A stretch of 61,353 nucleotides of DNA, filler included, from Choristocarpus tenellus KU-1152 (GCA_964200185.2; 10 parts of 10 records of this genome joined end to end with filler, not necessarily neighbours in it), one strand, 5' to 3'; positions 26,148 through 39,865 are shown, counted from the whole stretch's first letter. A program made the numbers and translations. Notes: generated by a model from the letters alone, not told the origin.

Positions 26148-26971
26148 TCGGTTCTAGAAGTTTTTCGGCAGTGCGTGGGTACAAATTGTGAGTGCTACTA
26201 TTCTTATTGCAAGTCAAGCAGGCATTGGTATTGAGTATAGTTGTGCAGTTTGCACACCGAGATCCTTTGAAATAGTTTGTTCTTGACAGCAACTGGGATG
26301 GTCATATTGTGATTGCTGTCCATGTAGTCTAGGCTGCCACTGAATTTACCTCAGTTGTTGATGTCGCCTTCAGGACTTTCGTACTTTGAGAGTATTTTCT
26401 TTATTTTCCTGTCTGAAAGAGTCATCCAGTTTGAGTGGACTGCAGCTGTCCATCCCGATGGAACAATAGTACCTCAGTGTTTGAAAAGAGTTATCCCACC
26501 ATAATCACTGGGTCATCATGTTGCATGTCATCCCAAGTGGCCATCTCAGTCTTTGCATTTCCCCTTTTGTCCATCTCACGACTACACTTCTATCTGTTTA
26601 TCCTCCCACCGTAGGGAGTTGGGAAAGTGGTCCAGTTGGGATTCGATCCAACAACCTTTGATTTTTATTTTTATTAAAAATTATTTCAAGGTTGGTTGTG
26701 GATCTTATTATGCATTGGTTAGAACGAAGTGAGCTCAGCTTGTTATGAGGGCAATCTAGACCTGATCTACTTTATATATTATTATAGCCTCTGACATTTT
26801 GCAGATGTGTTACAGCATGTTCCATAGCTTACCTCCACGAGATGGATCTCTAATCCAAAGGCCTATAGATGACACTGATGCCTGTGCAGGACTCTTGAGA
26901 TACTCCGATAGTCAAAAGGTCCAACAAGGGTAGTGAATATCAGGTCAGCAGATTATGGTATACTTTCATTC

Positions 26972-27285
26972 AGGTTCAAATTGCCTGGGGGGGGGGGGGA
27001 GCAACTGTCCATTCGGGGCCCATTTTTCCATGNNNNNNNNNNAAAACAGAAAGGGGGGGGATGATTTGTGTGGATTATTTTTTTTTTTTTTTTTTTTTGG
27101 TGTTTGGGGGGGGGGGGGGGGGGGGGGGGGAGCAACTGTCCATTCGGGGTCCAATTTTCCATGTCGCGATTTTTGGATAATTTGGTTGAATGTGTCGGAT
27201 GGATAATATGTTTTCACTTCTCCTGGTCATTGCCCGAATGTACATCCTGGTGTAGACTCCCCTCCCCCTCTAGATACTTTGAGCT
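26972..27285. mobile_element. MITE A2 spanning a 10-N gap (left part duplicated, likely assembly artefact)
   Basis: GGTTCAAATTGCCT...AGATACTTTGAGC; GAGCAACTGTCCATTCGGGG occurs on both sides of the gap. Confidence 0.7.
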
Positions 27286-27494
27286 TCTACGTAAGTGGCT
27301 GACACAAGGATTGAAAGAAAGTGGCTGATAGAAGTCACTGGCGATCATCCCCCCCCCCCCCAACCCCCCCCCCCTCCCACCCCCCCCCCCCCCCNNNNNN
27401 NNNNNNNNNNNNNNNNNNNNNNNNNNNNNNNNNNNNNNTTAATTAATTAANNNNNNNNNNNNNNNNNNNNNNNNNNNNNNNNNNNNNNNNNNNN

Positions 27495-27620
27495 CCTGAC
27501 ACATCTGCAAAATGTCAGAGGGCATAATAATAATAATAATATTTGTATGCATATATGTATATAGTTTTCATTGGTTTCCCCCTGACACATCTGCAAAATG
27601 TCAGAGGGCATAATAATAAA
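27495..27620 (+). mobile_element. Two tandem 3' tails of the RLE LINE (stem-loop + (TAA)n)
   Basis: CCTGACACATCTGCAAAATGTCAGAGGGCATAATAATAA occurs twice. Confidence 0.75.
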
Positions 27621-27865
27621 ATATTTGTATGCCCTATGACAACCCGCCATCGTTATATGTTTATATTGTTGGGATAACTCATAGCTATACCGATCCACGG
27701 TTCTTGGAAGAAAATGTCGTTTCCCAATACTTGGGTTGAACATGTGTAAATGAACTAAGGAAAGAGAGAATGAAGGAGAAATTCTTCGAGGTCAAGAGGG
27801 AGTCTCTTCCACCAAACCAATATTATTCTGTGGATCGCAAATCACTAATCATAGATTACTAGCAT

Positions 27866-28965
27866 ATTTTTATGCCCTCTGGCATTTAACAGATGTGTCA
27901 GGGTTATAGCCAATTGAAGGTCACAAGAACCCCTGGTATAAGTAAATGTTGTCGTAAATGTGAAAGATATCTCTCCAGAATCATATTTACTATTTGACTA
28001 CCAGGTATACTACAATACTCCCATAAAAGGCTCGCAATTTGGCTCAAAGTATGTGGGGGGGGGTAGTGGCTGTCCACTTGGGGCCAATTTTTTTATGTCG
28101 CGATTTTTCGGTGATTTTGGTTGCATATGTCGGATGGATAATGTAAGTGCACTTTTCCTTGTTATTGTCCAAATGAATCCCCTGGTGTAGACTTCCCCCG
28201 CCCCCTCCAGTTACTTTGGGTCTTACAATATGATGTGTACATTGATGCCATGCCTCCAACCTAGCTTATCCCTACACCACAGGGCGAGGAGCTAGGGAAG
28301 CATCCCAAGAATCTGACTGAACTCTCCTTGCCTATCTCCCTGGTGTCTCCAGCTTGAAACGCATGACATGTCTCGAGAGAGCCACTTGTGTAGTGATAGA
28401 CACTATATGTCGTAAACGGGATTTGACAGCCCCTTTCCTGCTGTAGCCTCCCACCCCTCTCCCCCCTACCGCGTGTGTAGCCAATTCATTCAGAAAACTT
28501 TGTGCTTGCTTACCAAAGCGCCCAAAACCTTTCACTGCGAAGGTATTGAGGTTGAAACTATGAGGACCAAAAGAACCCTCGCAGTGGGTGTGCGTTCGCG
28601 CCTCAGCTGCAACAGCAGTTACACCATATTGACGGTGGATGAATGGGGTAGATGGGAGGCTGCTTGCACTTCTGCAAACATAACATCCAGGAGGAGGCCT
28701 TTGTCCTGGTAGGGAGCTGATCCAACGTCCGCAAGTGCCCCAGCATGGAAGACCACATTCATGCGGAAATTCCGGTCCACTGTGAATGGGTTACCGTCCT
28801 CCATGGTGCAAGGGTTGCCCATTCCTTTGCAGAGTTGACCTAGACGCTTGACCATTGGTGTGTCCTCGCGTATCTGTCTCCCTGCCCTAGGTCAGGTACA
28901 AGCATGTCAGGTGTCAACATTATGCATCCTACCTGTCACTGGGCACCTGTGGATGGCGCCTCTTA
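27866..28965 (-). mobile_element. 5'-truncated RLE-type (CRE/R2-like endonuclease) non-LTR retrotransposon, copy C1
   Basis: Decayed reading RMNVVFHAGAL...KGLLLDV...FGRFGKQAQSFLNELA...RLRHIVSITTQVALSR (PD-(D/E)xK-type C-terminus), then a 3' UTR ending in the hairpin/TAA tail. Confidence 0.75.
28041..28222. mobile_element. MITE A2 inserted in the LINE C1 3' UTR
   Basis: GGCTCAAAGTATGT...TTACTTTGGGTC; absent from the equivalent position in copy C4. Confidence 0.8.
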
Positions 28966-31496
28966 CTTCGTACAACGCTTGCTATTCCTGACCTCCTACA
29001 CATTCTAGTTGATTGACCCGTACTTATCTCCTCTCCTTCGGAATAAAAACATCTTCTCTTCCATCAACTGTTTGTTCCTTTCATAAAATAGCAAGCATAT
29101 TCTTGATATCCCTGTAGTGGTTAACGGAGATCTCCGATATGTCCTCAAAATCAACGCCCTAACCATCGAATGTTTCGCTGTATTTACTTCTCTGATATGA
29201 ACGTAGGAATACAAACAGAACGCAGGTTGCACTCCCACCTCGGGCCCTTGGATCTCATACCCTGTACTATGGATGTTTTCTACCCGTCGAAGGTCTGATG
29301 AGGATAATTCCTTAACCCCACGCGATAACATAGACATTCTAGGACATCCCCATGTTGTCCATATTGAGTAGTAGGACGTAGGTCCCAATTTCAGTTTTCG
29401 CCGGTACAATTGTCCACATACCACCTCCTGGTATATTGTTAGGGACCTCATAGCGCTAGGAACAATGAGTGCAAACAGAGGGGTCAAACATTGCCAAAGT
29501 GTAAACAAATGTCGGTTAGTGCGGATATGGAGTGCAAATAAAGTCAAATATCCTTGAGGGATGCTCATGTACCCCGTGTGGGACATTGGGTGCAAGGAAA
29601 GACAACTATCCTCAGACAGTGCCGTAGGATTTGTAGGATTATTATGGGAAGAGTGAAGTTACTCAAACAGTTCTCCATCGTGTGAAATAGGACGAGTTCT
29701 GCAGTACCACAGTTAATAATTTATAACATTTTTTTTAGCAATATCTCACACCTTCTCTTGTTAAATAGAGTCAGTTTTTCCATACTTGTTTTAGTGAAAA
29801 TATCAATCTTGTTTGGGGGGTCCTCCACAATCGCATTTCTAGATTTTTTTTTAGTCATGCACATTTAGTACTTCCTCTTTACTCTCCCCATTGTCCCCAA
29901 GAAGGCGCCAATATCACATGTATCACTTGGCCCTGACTGAAAGAGTATGGCTCGTTCGATTTGTGGTCATTATAACTCTATGAGGCCCGCTAAATACCAG
30001 GAGGGCGAGATTGCAGTCTTCCTCGAGGTCGATTGGTTGCTGTTGGACCAGGTTGCACAAGAAACGGAGTATTTTTCGATATTTATAGTTTTTAAGGAGT
30101 AGTTCAGAGCTCTGTTGTTACAATGGGGTACCATGATGAGCTCGGATGATGTGCCAAGTCGCTGCTGTTCCCCAGTACTGGATCGTTTGAGATCATTGTA
30201 GATGGGCAAGCATAGAAGGTCAGTTGAAGTGGAGGTAAGGGAGAGTTCAACTGGACACCGTATGCCCTAGAAAACATGCTAATCGAGCAGATACCTCAAG
30301 GGGTAGCAACCTGGCCTTGGGTTCTGCTCGTTCAAGGATATTATGATTACATAATAGTACATGTATGATAAGTGCACCATGAATGCGGACTGTAATGCTC
30401 TTTATTGGAGAGAGATATCGTGAAGGGGAAGTATCGTGTCGGATGGAGCAGTGAAATAGGCAAGGGTACTGGCTAAGCATCTCACGACTACTGGAGCGAC
30501 TATTGATCAGCTTGTAGAGGTGGTAGCCAATCACACCATTGAGTGTACACTGCATTTATTTCTTCTGCTTTACAGATACTACCTGTTGCACTTACAACAA
30601 AATGCACAGCCCCGCACGTGCCTTGACTTTTATCGTACGTTGGGTGCAGTTGTACATCCCAATGGTTGTTGCTCCGCCTCCCCCCTCAAACATGATGTGT
30701 GCGCCCTCTGTCCGCAAGGAATCTTCGCTACCACGATCTTGATCTTTCCACGTATCCTTTTTTGTGGTTTAGCGAAAGATATTAAGGTACAAGTGTACCT
30801 TTCTCTCCTTGGCACATGGTCTATCGGAGGCAATCTTCCTGTCAAGAAGATCTGGCCTCTGAACTATTACCGTGACGTAATGCGGACAGACAACAACATC
30901 ATCAATATGGACAGCATACAGTATAGTTTATTTGTTGCACTTTAGTCTGGGGACCATATCCCTACCACTACACACTGCACTTACGCACATTCTAACTACT
31001 GAACAAAGTCTGTTGTACTACAATTAATTGTAATGGCTCCGTTCCTCCCTTGCTTCTCACGTCTTGGGTTTAGTACTCCCACTATTATAGTCGTCGCTCC
31101 ATCTCTTCCCTAGAAAATCTTGTGTACGACTTGGTCGAAATCAATTTCCCCATCAATATTCGGGTGGCGTGTTTTGTGGGTATAACTGTAACGTGTGCTG
31201 TAGAAATAAGAAATGAACTCCATAATACTGAAGGGTCAATCATTGAAAAGAGGACGAAAATCTTCAACTTAAAAAAAAAATGAAACTAAAACGAATTCCT
31301 GTAAGTTGTTGTATGGGAAAGGTTGTATTGAGGTGCAGGTTCCTACATGTGATGCGGGTGCTTCGTGTCTAATGGGGTTGCACAAAAATCTTTTGTACTG
31401 CATGCTCGATTAGAACAGAGTCGGTGAAGGTTTCGAGCATCTGCCTGCTAGCGAACCTTAGAGAGTAGGACTTTCAACAATCCTAACAGAGAAGTG

Positions 31497-31832
31497 ATGT
31501 GGTTTTCCTGTAAGTCTGTTGTGTGTGTTGCTGCCGTTAGTCTCCCAGCGGCGACGAGCTTTGTGGCCCTCGGGCCACATGGAATTGGATCTTCAGTATC
31601 GAAGCTGCATGATCGTCCATTTTCCGTGAGGACCTCGAACAAATGTAGTCGTATTGCTGGGACTCAGGTTGCTTCGTGTGGGGCGAAGACAAACCTTCGC
31701 ATGCAAGCTTTTGACTTCGGAAAAATGTGGGAAGAATTGGGAAATAAGTTTGGAATCCCCTCCACGGTTGCGAAGGAAAGCAAAGTCTATGATGCAGCGA
31801 TCATTGGCTACGGCCCTGCTGGTGGGGTCATG
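31497..31832 (+). CDS. First exon of a plastid-targeted FAD-dependent oxidoreductase (lycopene cyclase / geranylgeranyl reductase-like fold; exact family unresolved)
   Basis: Signal peptide ending ATS-FVA (ASAFAP-like), S/R-rich transit peptide, Rossmann motif YDAAIIGYGPAGG, then a GTGAGA donor. Confidence 0.75.
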
Positions 31833-33489
31833 GTGAGATACCCACCTCTATAAGGCACGCGAATGAGCTGTATAACTCTTTGGGGTCCTTTACCTGGTTG
31901 ACATGGAATAAGGCTAGGTCATGAGGTTGGTTAGAGTGAAGTAACACGTGTCGTGCGTTGCAATCTCGGGTGATGATGTGTAGTTTAGAAGGACTATCGA
32001 TATTTTGTCACACAATCAAATCTATTTCCTGGTCTGGGCTTGAGGAGAGTGAATAGGTCACTCAGTCGGGCTGAGCAACCGAGAACATTTTACAAGCATC
32101 TTATTTTTTCCTCCCCAAACCTTGAATGTTTGAGACAGCTCCCCATTGCATAGTCAGAGCGTTTCCCTCTAGCGGTTACCTCTACTGGTTCTAGGTGTTC
32201 CTTACGATGTTTCTGTGGTACTGTTGAAGTTCAGAGAAGCCCAATTGTTAAGGAATCTGTTATTTCCAGGGCATTTATATGTGAGTTGTATCGATGATAA
32301 TCTTTGTAGGGTGGAGAGGAGGAACGGGAGGAGTGAACTCGTCCATCTACAGATGGGCATCCTTGCCAACATGCACTATCGTTGTTATTCCATCCCAACC
32401 ATCATCCTGTTGGCTGTTGATTACTAGTACGTTGTCCATTGCACACTAGTCTTATATGCCTATTTGCGAATTCCTCTGCCTTTTCTACACAATAGAACCA
32501 TCCCTACATTGAAACTCAACAGTGAGCGTTCTACTTAAGCTCTATAGAGCACAACAATATTTTGCTTCTCTCCTCTAACGGTTCCTTAAATATTCTTTCA
32601 CATTAGAGTTCAAGCATGTTCTTGAAACTCCCTTCCTTTGAAAAAGCAGTTTGAAATCGGCACCACAATGACTTCCACTTAAATATCAAATCAATCGCAC
32701 AACCTTCTGCACATCACCATCCTGGAACGCCTATTAAACACACCTTCAACAAGCCCTTTGCCAAGAGATCAGAATGTTGAAAATATGTAGGTTTATTCCA
32801 ATAGCAGTTTTCCCCTCTCTCCAACTGGTGCACATAGTGGTAATGAATGTGAGTGCGCTTTGTCCTACCTCAAGACGCAGGTCTTTTGAGTTATCTTGAT
32901 GGCTCTACCATTGTTTTCAAGCATCAACGTCGAGTAGCCCTGATGAAGTGTTTGCATGAACCTATGTGCTCACTAAGAAACACACCCTCTTTGCCCAACT
33001 CACAAAATGCAACATATTCAGCCTCAGCAGTGAACAGTTTACCTGTTTTCTGTTTCTTTGATCACCAGTCAACACATCCTCGTCCAAACATCAACACTCA
33101 ACCTGAGATGGACAGAACACACTCCTTGCAATTGGTATAGTCAGCGTGAGAGCAGCAAATTGGCTGAACTCTCGGTTCGTTCGCATCCTGTCCATAATCT
33201 CCAAACATGATTCCCTTCTCTCTAGTACCCAACAGATACCCCATATCTCCTCAGGATTTAATCTATTGGACAAATCTTGAATCTTCAACATGCCAATGTG
33301 ACACCAGTGTGTGTTGTCTATACTGTACTGCCAACGCCTTATTCTCACTGTACAGCTGCTTGCATGATGTTCTGCCCCCCCCCCCCCCCNNNNNNNNNNN
33401 NNNNNNNNNNNNNNNNNNNNNNNNNNNNNNNNNTTAATTAATTAANNNNNNNNNNNNNNNNNNNNNNNNNNNNNNNNNNNNNNNNNNNN

Positions 33490-33659
33490 CTGGTGTGTGT
33501 GTGGGGTCTACACCAGGGTGTCCATTCGTGCCCTGACCAGGAAAAGTGAACTTATGTTATCCATCCTACGAATGCAACCAAATCACCCAAAAAATCGCGA
33601 CATCGAAAAATGGACCCTGAATTGACAGTCGTCACCCCCCCCCACAGATACTTTGAGGC
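33490..33659. mobile_element. MITE A2, reverse orientation, cut by contig start
   Basis: Reverse complement of the 45759 body; ends CAGATACTTTGAGGC. Confidence 0.75.
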
Positions 33660-34048
33660 TGAAGTGATGTTACTGATCTATGTACCCATACTCTGCATCT
33701 ATAATTCCATATATTAGGGTTTAGAAATACAGTGTTCACTCTCGATAGGTTACCCCTTTTCTTGCTTATTTCTACACTGTTCAGTGCACAATGTACTTGC
33801 GATGCGGATGTAAATGTGGCATATATTGCTATGCCAGACTAGTTCTTACAATTCAGTCGCTGAACAAGTAGCTTCATATAACGCAGCCCAGCATTACAGT
33901 ATTGTGAATTGTGACGCTTCAATCAATTTGTTCATTTAATCAGGAAAAATAGATACTTCAATTAATATTATCTAGTAACAATGTTAGGCGGTCATTTCCA
34001 TACTTTTGTTTTGAGCTGCAGCAACCAGGCATGGGACTCTGTGCTCAC

Positions 34049-34193
34049 CAAGAGGTCGCCATAACATTTGTTCACAATGGAGAATTTCTGTATCTTCCCG
34101 ACTATGAGTTTAACTGAAGTCTCCAGAGACTTTGGGGATTCATCTCTGTCGTGTGCCTTTTCACCGATCTTCAGCCACACATTCTGCACCTTT
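34049..34193 (-). CDS. Candidate internal exon of an unidentified gene
   Basis: CAG acceptor, open reading KVQNVWLKIGEK...NKCYGDLL, GTGAGC donor; no family recognised. Confidence 0.3.
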
Positions 34194-34879
34194 CTGGAAC
34201 AATTAACTAGATAGCCTGTTTCAGATACGACAGGGGATGGTATTCTTAATAGTGGATAAAGAACACGACTGTACCCCTCACCAGTCAGGGAGCCTTCTAA
34301 TCTCGTGGTGGGGCATGTATCAATTTAACTGAGTACATAAAGCTCTTCATGCCAACAAAATTCATATTCTTAAGCTCCTTCTATACACAATATCATCTCG
34401 TTGTCAGAATAACTATGACATATTTTGATCATTGGAAGATTCTGCCTCGATTGATAGAGTGGTATTACTGTGGTAACATTAATTTATTGGTCAAAATGCT
34501 GACGAAAGGTGGTGAGAGTTTAGGTAGGTAAGAGCAAAGATTTTAATCCTTGGAAAGGGAGAAGTTACCTCACACTACTGTTTTATACCTCATAAGGTTT
34601 CAAGATACTTCACACGAGGCAAAAAGGCAGTAGAATTCATCATACGTCGTCCCACTTTTAATAGCAAACTGTGTTGTGGATGGAGTTTAAATAAAATCAA
34701 CCAACGCATTTTTGGAACCAAGGAAGTGGGATATTATATTATGGTTTTTCTTTTTGTGAAGGCTTTCATTAACTGGACACCAATCTATTAAACAACTCAT
34801 ATACGATGGGTTCAAAACATATTAGGAGATTATCTGAGAAAAGGGAATGTAGAGAGCATAAATGTCACAATGCACTCCA

Positions 34880-36090
34880 GAACTCACCTCCATAGGATGT
34901 GTAACTCTAATCCAACCACCTTAAAACGACGCTACAGGGGTATTGTTACAGGCGCCCCCGAAAGCTTACCTCTACAGGATGTATAGCTCCAATCTACGGG
35001 CCTATAGATGATACTGATGTACGTATAGGACTCCTGATGAACAAGTCGTCAAGTATGCTGGATCTCTCTCTCGGATTATCATCAATATCATCGTATATAA
35101 AGGAACTGATCAACGATGTCTTGTCACCATCGGGGACCATAATGACCAAATAGTAAATGAATAATCAAGCAGTACAAATATATCAAATCTAGAACTTCAA
35201 TGTCATGATGGTGTTTATGAAACCGCCATCAAGACGTATCGCCTGTAACAGTATTTCCACACACAGATGATAACCACGGATGGTATCAGTCGATACTTCG
35301 CTCAGTTGATGCTTCGCTTTTTGCTTTATCAAAAGAGTAAGGATCGTAAGTACCGAGTTGTGTAGTCAACAAGTCAGCCTCTTTTTACTAATTAACCTCA
35401 TCCACCGTTTTTCTACAGCCAAATAGTTAAATAACATCTACAAACTGCTGTATACATACTCCAATCATAAATCTTTAATCTGCAACTTCCAGGAATTGAC
35501 GCCTATTCTGTAAAGGCTACATATGCATTTCGAATCTTACTCTGCCTCTTCTATCAATTCACAGTTCCTCTTGTAGAAATTCTTACGTATGTATACTGTT
35601 CGCGCTTGTTGGCACGCGGAAAGAAATGCTCACGCTATTCGCCTGTAACAAAAGACGTCCAGCGGTTACTAAAACGTCCACAAGATTCGAACCCCATTCA
35701 TTCCAGCTTTCTTTTCATGGAACCCCGATCTCAATCTTCAACAGCTCACATGGCAAGCACTACAACATGTGTACCTACCTCTACTATACCATCTGTCGGT
35801 GTACCACAAAAGATGCCGAAACAAGGTTGAGGTGGCAATGTTGAGTTGATTGCTCCAAAATATTTGAGGGAGGAAGTTGAGAGACGAGGGATGGGATAAC
35901 TGAATCCAACACTTAAGAAGCAAGGCATGAGCGGAGTCTGTAAAATTATCGGAGAAATCAACGGTCTCAATTCAAACTTAGCATTTCTCCATAGAAATAT
36001 GGGCGAATCGGAAAACAAAACAAAACTGGTTCAACATGCAAAACAGCCCAAACCTGGGTACCTCTCGTTTACTTTGGCTCAGTATAATTA
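34880..36090. repeat. Unclassified decayed dispersed repeat G (homologous pieces at ~26811-26920, ~53780-54390 inverted, ~54543-54575)
   Basis: Shared GTTTATGAAACCGCCATCAAGAC.TATCGCCTGTAACA, GGCCTATAGATGA.ACTGATG, CATGGCAAGCACTA and AACCTGGGTAC.TCTCGTTTACTTT. Confidence 0.65.
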
Positions 36091-37286
36091 TAAAGCTGAC
36101 TCAGATCTCCGAAGACAAGAGTTTAGAACGAAAAACCGAGACGTAAGCGGTCAGCGTATCAACTTGTCATATCGCAGAATGATACCAAGAAATGATACAA
36201 AGAAATGAGACAGAAGCGAAGGAGGTAACGTGAAAAGTGAGTTGCTGATATTACATAGTGCTTTTTCTTGCGGAGGCTCTTCAGTCAAGTTGTGTAATGT
36301 AACTGGTTCATGTAGTGAGGCCATTAGCATAGGTAATGATTGCCCGTACCGAAGAAGATGGTGTTGTGTTGTTTGGCTCAGGATTATAATCCAATGCCGG
36401 TCCAGGGTGTTTTCCCAACAACAGTCTATCCAAGAGTTAACCCAATATACTATTCAGTCAGATTTTTGCTCCAACATTCCAAGCTCCATCGGCAGCATAT
36501 GGGTTAAAACACAGATTGATGAAGACTACCTGTGTTGGCGGTGGGGCATTGTGGAAACGATGACGAGACTTCAAGGGACTGTAGTGTTACCTGGGTGTTA
36601 GTCTAACCAACTCTGATGTTACTGTTCAAGACGCCTGCTGATACTTGTTGTGCAGATTGGACAAGGGAAACGGACAGAAAAAGTTTTGGGACCTTTCCAA
36701 AAGTATGGTAGATGCCATTTTTATCCCTAACAACTGCGAATGGCACTGCTCAAGTGTCCATTGGCAACTTCTGTAGACTAGACAGGTGGAATAAGCAGAA
36801 GATACTTTTATGTTCTTCCACTATTTCGCATCTTCCAATGTATTCCCACCTATGAACGTTGTTGGTCTAGTGGGCTGTTACTATATCTTCTAGATTAGAC
36901 AGGAACGACAGCCTGAAAACGGTTTGGGATCCTTCCAACTGTTGTATCGTAACTGCCGATGCGCGCCTTGGTGCGAATATTGCCAGTCATTCACATGCAA
37001 ATTTATTGTGTAGATGAGAGGAGTAAGAGCCTATTTTTGCCATGAAAAATATTGACGTTTTTTCAAAATTTTCCATGGAGATTTTCTTCCATCAAGATTG
37101 TCACTAGTGTAAGCAATATAGATAAGACTTGTTGTAGCGTTTATATTGTATTCTTTAACTTACAGGTTTATTCTTGTTCCTTCTGTATTGTATTTTTTAC
37201 CATACAGTTTTTTCCTTCTTCCTTCCATGAAGACATCCACCGCTAAAATCAGTGGGCATATTAATAGCATTATTACTTTTCTCTTC

Positions 37287-37426
37287 ACACATCTGCAACA
37301 TGTCAGAGGGCATAACAATATATTTATTGGTATGATCATTCTTGCTATTACTATTTTTACTATTTGTTAGTATGCCCTCTGACATTTTGCAGATGTGTCG
37401 GGGGGAAAACCAATGAAAAGCCAATT
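37287..37426. mobile_element. Two convergent RLE-LINE tails
   Basis: Plus copy 37287-37320 and minus copy 37371-37426 of the hairpin/TAA motif. Confidence 0.75.
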
Positions 37427-37631
37427 AATCATCAGAACAACAACTGAAAAAGTAACAGTTAACAGTGGATTCGCAAAATTGAGGATGGAGCAGGACTATG
37501 AGGATGGTTGTTTTGCGAAAACGGTCTNNNNNNNNNNNNNNNNNNNNNNNNNNNNNNNNNNNNNNNNNNNNTTAATTAATTAANNNNNNNNNNNNNNNNN
37601 NNNNNNNNNNNNNNNNNNNNNNNNNNNCCAT

Positions 37632-37780
37632 TTGATGACCAACCAGTGCAACTCCTTCGCCACTGATCAGTCACCCCCCACATCTGATGACCAACCAGTG
37701 CAGCCCCTTCGCCACTGGTTTCCAGTCACCGCCCCTACCCTTCAACCCCACACAAGTAATCACTCCACTCAACACCACTC
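37632..37780. repeat. Repeat H, ~50-57-bp tandem units (second locus ~49470-49740)
   Basis: TGATGACCAACCAGT...CCCCTTCGCCACTG.TTTCCAGTCACC repeated, followed by CTTCAACCCCAC at both loci. Confidence 0.8.
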
Positions 37781-38198
37781 CACAACCATCGAAGAAAACC
37801 CCTTCATTATCCACTCCATACTGTGCCTTTGACCTAGCAGACATCTACCCCGCCCGAACTTGACCTCCCCTCCCTCCCCGCATCCCTATCGCTTGTGAGC
37901 AAGTGACAGGGTGGGTGGATGGGAAAGCTTGCTCGGAGGACGTCTTGTTCTCGCCCTCCTAGTCTTGTACCCTTCGCCCTCAGCAATATTTTCAATACTG
38001 ACCCTTCAATTCTCCCCTCTCCTTTCATCGACCACTCATTTCTTCAACTTCTCTCCTCTCTCTCTTAGCCTGTCAATCCTGAACTATTCGTTCCCTTCCT
38101 GCCTCCTTATTTTCTCTCTGTCCCTTCCCTTGTCCTGTGCCCCCAACCAACCAGAATTCTTCCGCCCACAAAACTCAGATTACTTCATAAACTTTCCC

Positions 38199-39672
38199 TT
38201 GTCAAAAATGTGAAATATATTTTTTCTATCATTTACTCACTGTTTGACTACCACCTATGCTATATCACTCCCCTAGTATACCTCCAACCTAGGTTAGTCC
38301 TACACCACAGGGCGAGGAGTCAGGAACGCATCCCAAGAATCTGACAGGCTCCTTCTTCCTTTTGCCCATCTCCCTGGTGTCTCCAACTTGAAACGCATGG
38401 CCCATCTTGATAGAGCCACTTGTGTAGTGACAGACACTATCTGTCGTAAACAGGATTTGACTATCCCTTTCCTGCTGTAGCCTTCCCGCCTCTCCTCCCT
38501 ACTGCATGCATAGCCAACTCATCCAGAAAAATTTCTGCTTGCTTGCCGAGCCGCCCAAAACTTTCCACCGTGAAGGTGTTGAGGTTAAAACTACGAGGGT
38601 CACAAGAACCCTCGTTGTGGGTGTGCTTTCCCGCCTCGGCTGCAGCAGCAGTTACACCATTGCTGAAGGATGGAGTGGAGTAGGTGGGAGGTTGCTTGTA
38701 CTTCTGCAAACGTAACGTCTAGTAGGAGGCCCTTGTCCTGGTAGGGAGCTGATTTGGCGTCCAAAAGTGCCCCAGTATGGAACACCACATCCATGCCGAA
38801 ATTCCTACTATGAATGGGCTACTATTCTCCATAGTACAAGGGATGCCCATTCTCCTTTGTAGAGTTGACCTAGACGCTTCGCCATTGGCGTGTGATGGCA
38901 TACCTGTCCCCCTGACCTAGGGCAGGTACGATCATATCTAGTGTACACATTATGCCTCCTTCACCCGACCACTGGGCACCTGTTGGATAGGGTCTCCTTC
39001 CTCCCCAGGGATCTGCTGGCAGTGAATCTAAACTCTATGGGAAGGACCTGGCGTGCTGATTCCAGGGGTTGTGAGGGGTCCCATACATCTTCCCCTTGAC
39101 CACACTGGCTCCAGTGGTGGGCCAAGGCTAGCAAGGAACTTTACCCCTCTTGTTCTGCGTCGTCTGGGAGGTTGGCTAATTGCATCTGGAAAGAGTCGAA
39201 CTGGATCCTGTTCAGGAAGCAGCTAATTCTAGTGTTGTGCCCTTCTTGTGGTTCTGGCATTATGGGCTGCCAGGGTGTGGACCTCTTGGGCAGGTGCGAG
39301 GGTTGTGGTCCCACCCAAGCCACCCAGCCTTGACCAATAAATTCCGCCAATTCTTCTGAAGGAACCTTGTCGAAAGGAGGGTGTGGATGGATGACCCCAG
39401 AGTCCTAAGTGTGGGGCCCATACAGATGGCTTGTGAGAAAGACTCTCCATGGGGCCCTTGTTGCCTTGCTAAAAGGGCGGGGAGAGTAGCCACCAGTGGT
39501 CCTACAAAGGTGCATGCTGGCGATGCTTCATAGAGGATAGGCCCAACCCCCCCAAACTTGTGGGCCTCTGTGCCTGTACTTGTTGGTATGTCTGCAAGTG
39601 AATAGACCCATCTTCACACTCGCCTTCAAAAAAGTCAGTGATTCCTGCTGAATCTGCTACCTCCATGATCTT
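38199..39672 (-). mobile_element. RLE-type LINE copy C2 (longest, decayed)
   Basis: QAQRPTSLGGLGL (post-RT motif) ... MDVVFHTGALL...KGLLLDVT...FTVESFGRLGKQAEIFLDELA, with frameshifts and stops. Confidence 0.8.
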
Positions 39673-39865
39673 ATCTAATAATATAATTTTTCCTTCTAAC
39701 ACATCTCCAATTATATATTGTTGTATTATTTTATGTCGTCTGACATTTTCCAGGTGTGGTAGAGGAAATATCAGAGGGCATAAAAATATATATAATGTAA
39801 ATATACAGGTATGACCATCAAAGAAACCGTTAACGTAAAAAAATAAAAACATATTATCACACGTA

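Noticed and set aside
26990-27165. Tandem duplication within a MITE
   Set aside because: Straddles a 10-N gap and homopolymer runs; likely a scaffolding artefact.
29005-29595. 196-aa minus-strand ORF
   Set aside because: No recognisable motif or consistent splice model. A divergent gene in 29-31 kb is possible but cannot be supported.
37684-37730. Hammerhead ribozyme (CTGATGA core)
   Set aside because: No GAAA follows the putative stem II on the same strand, so the core is incomplete.
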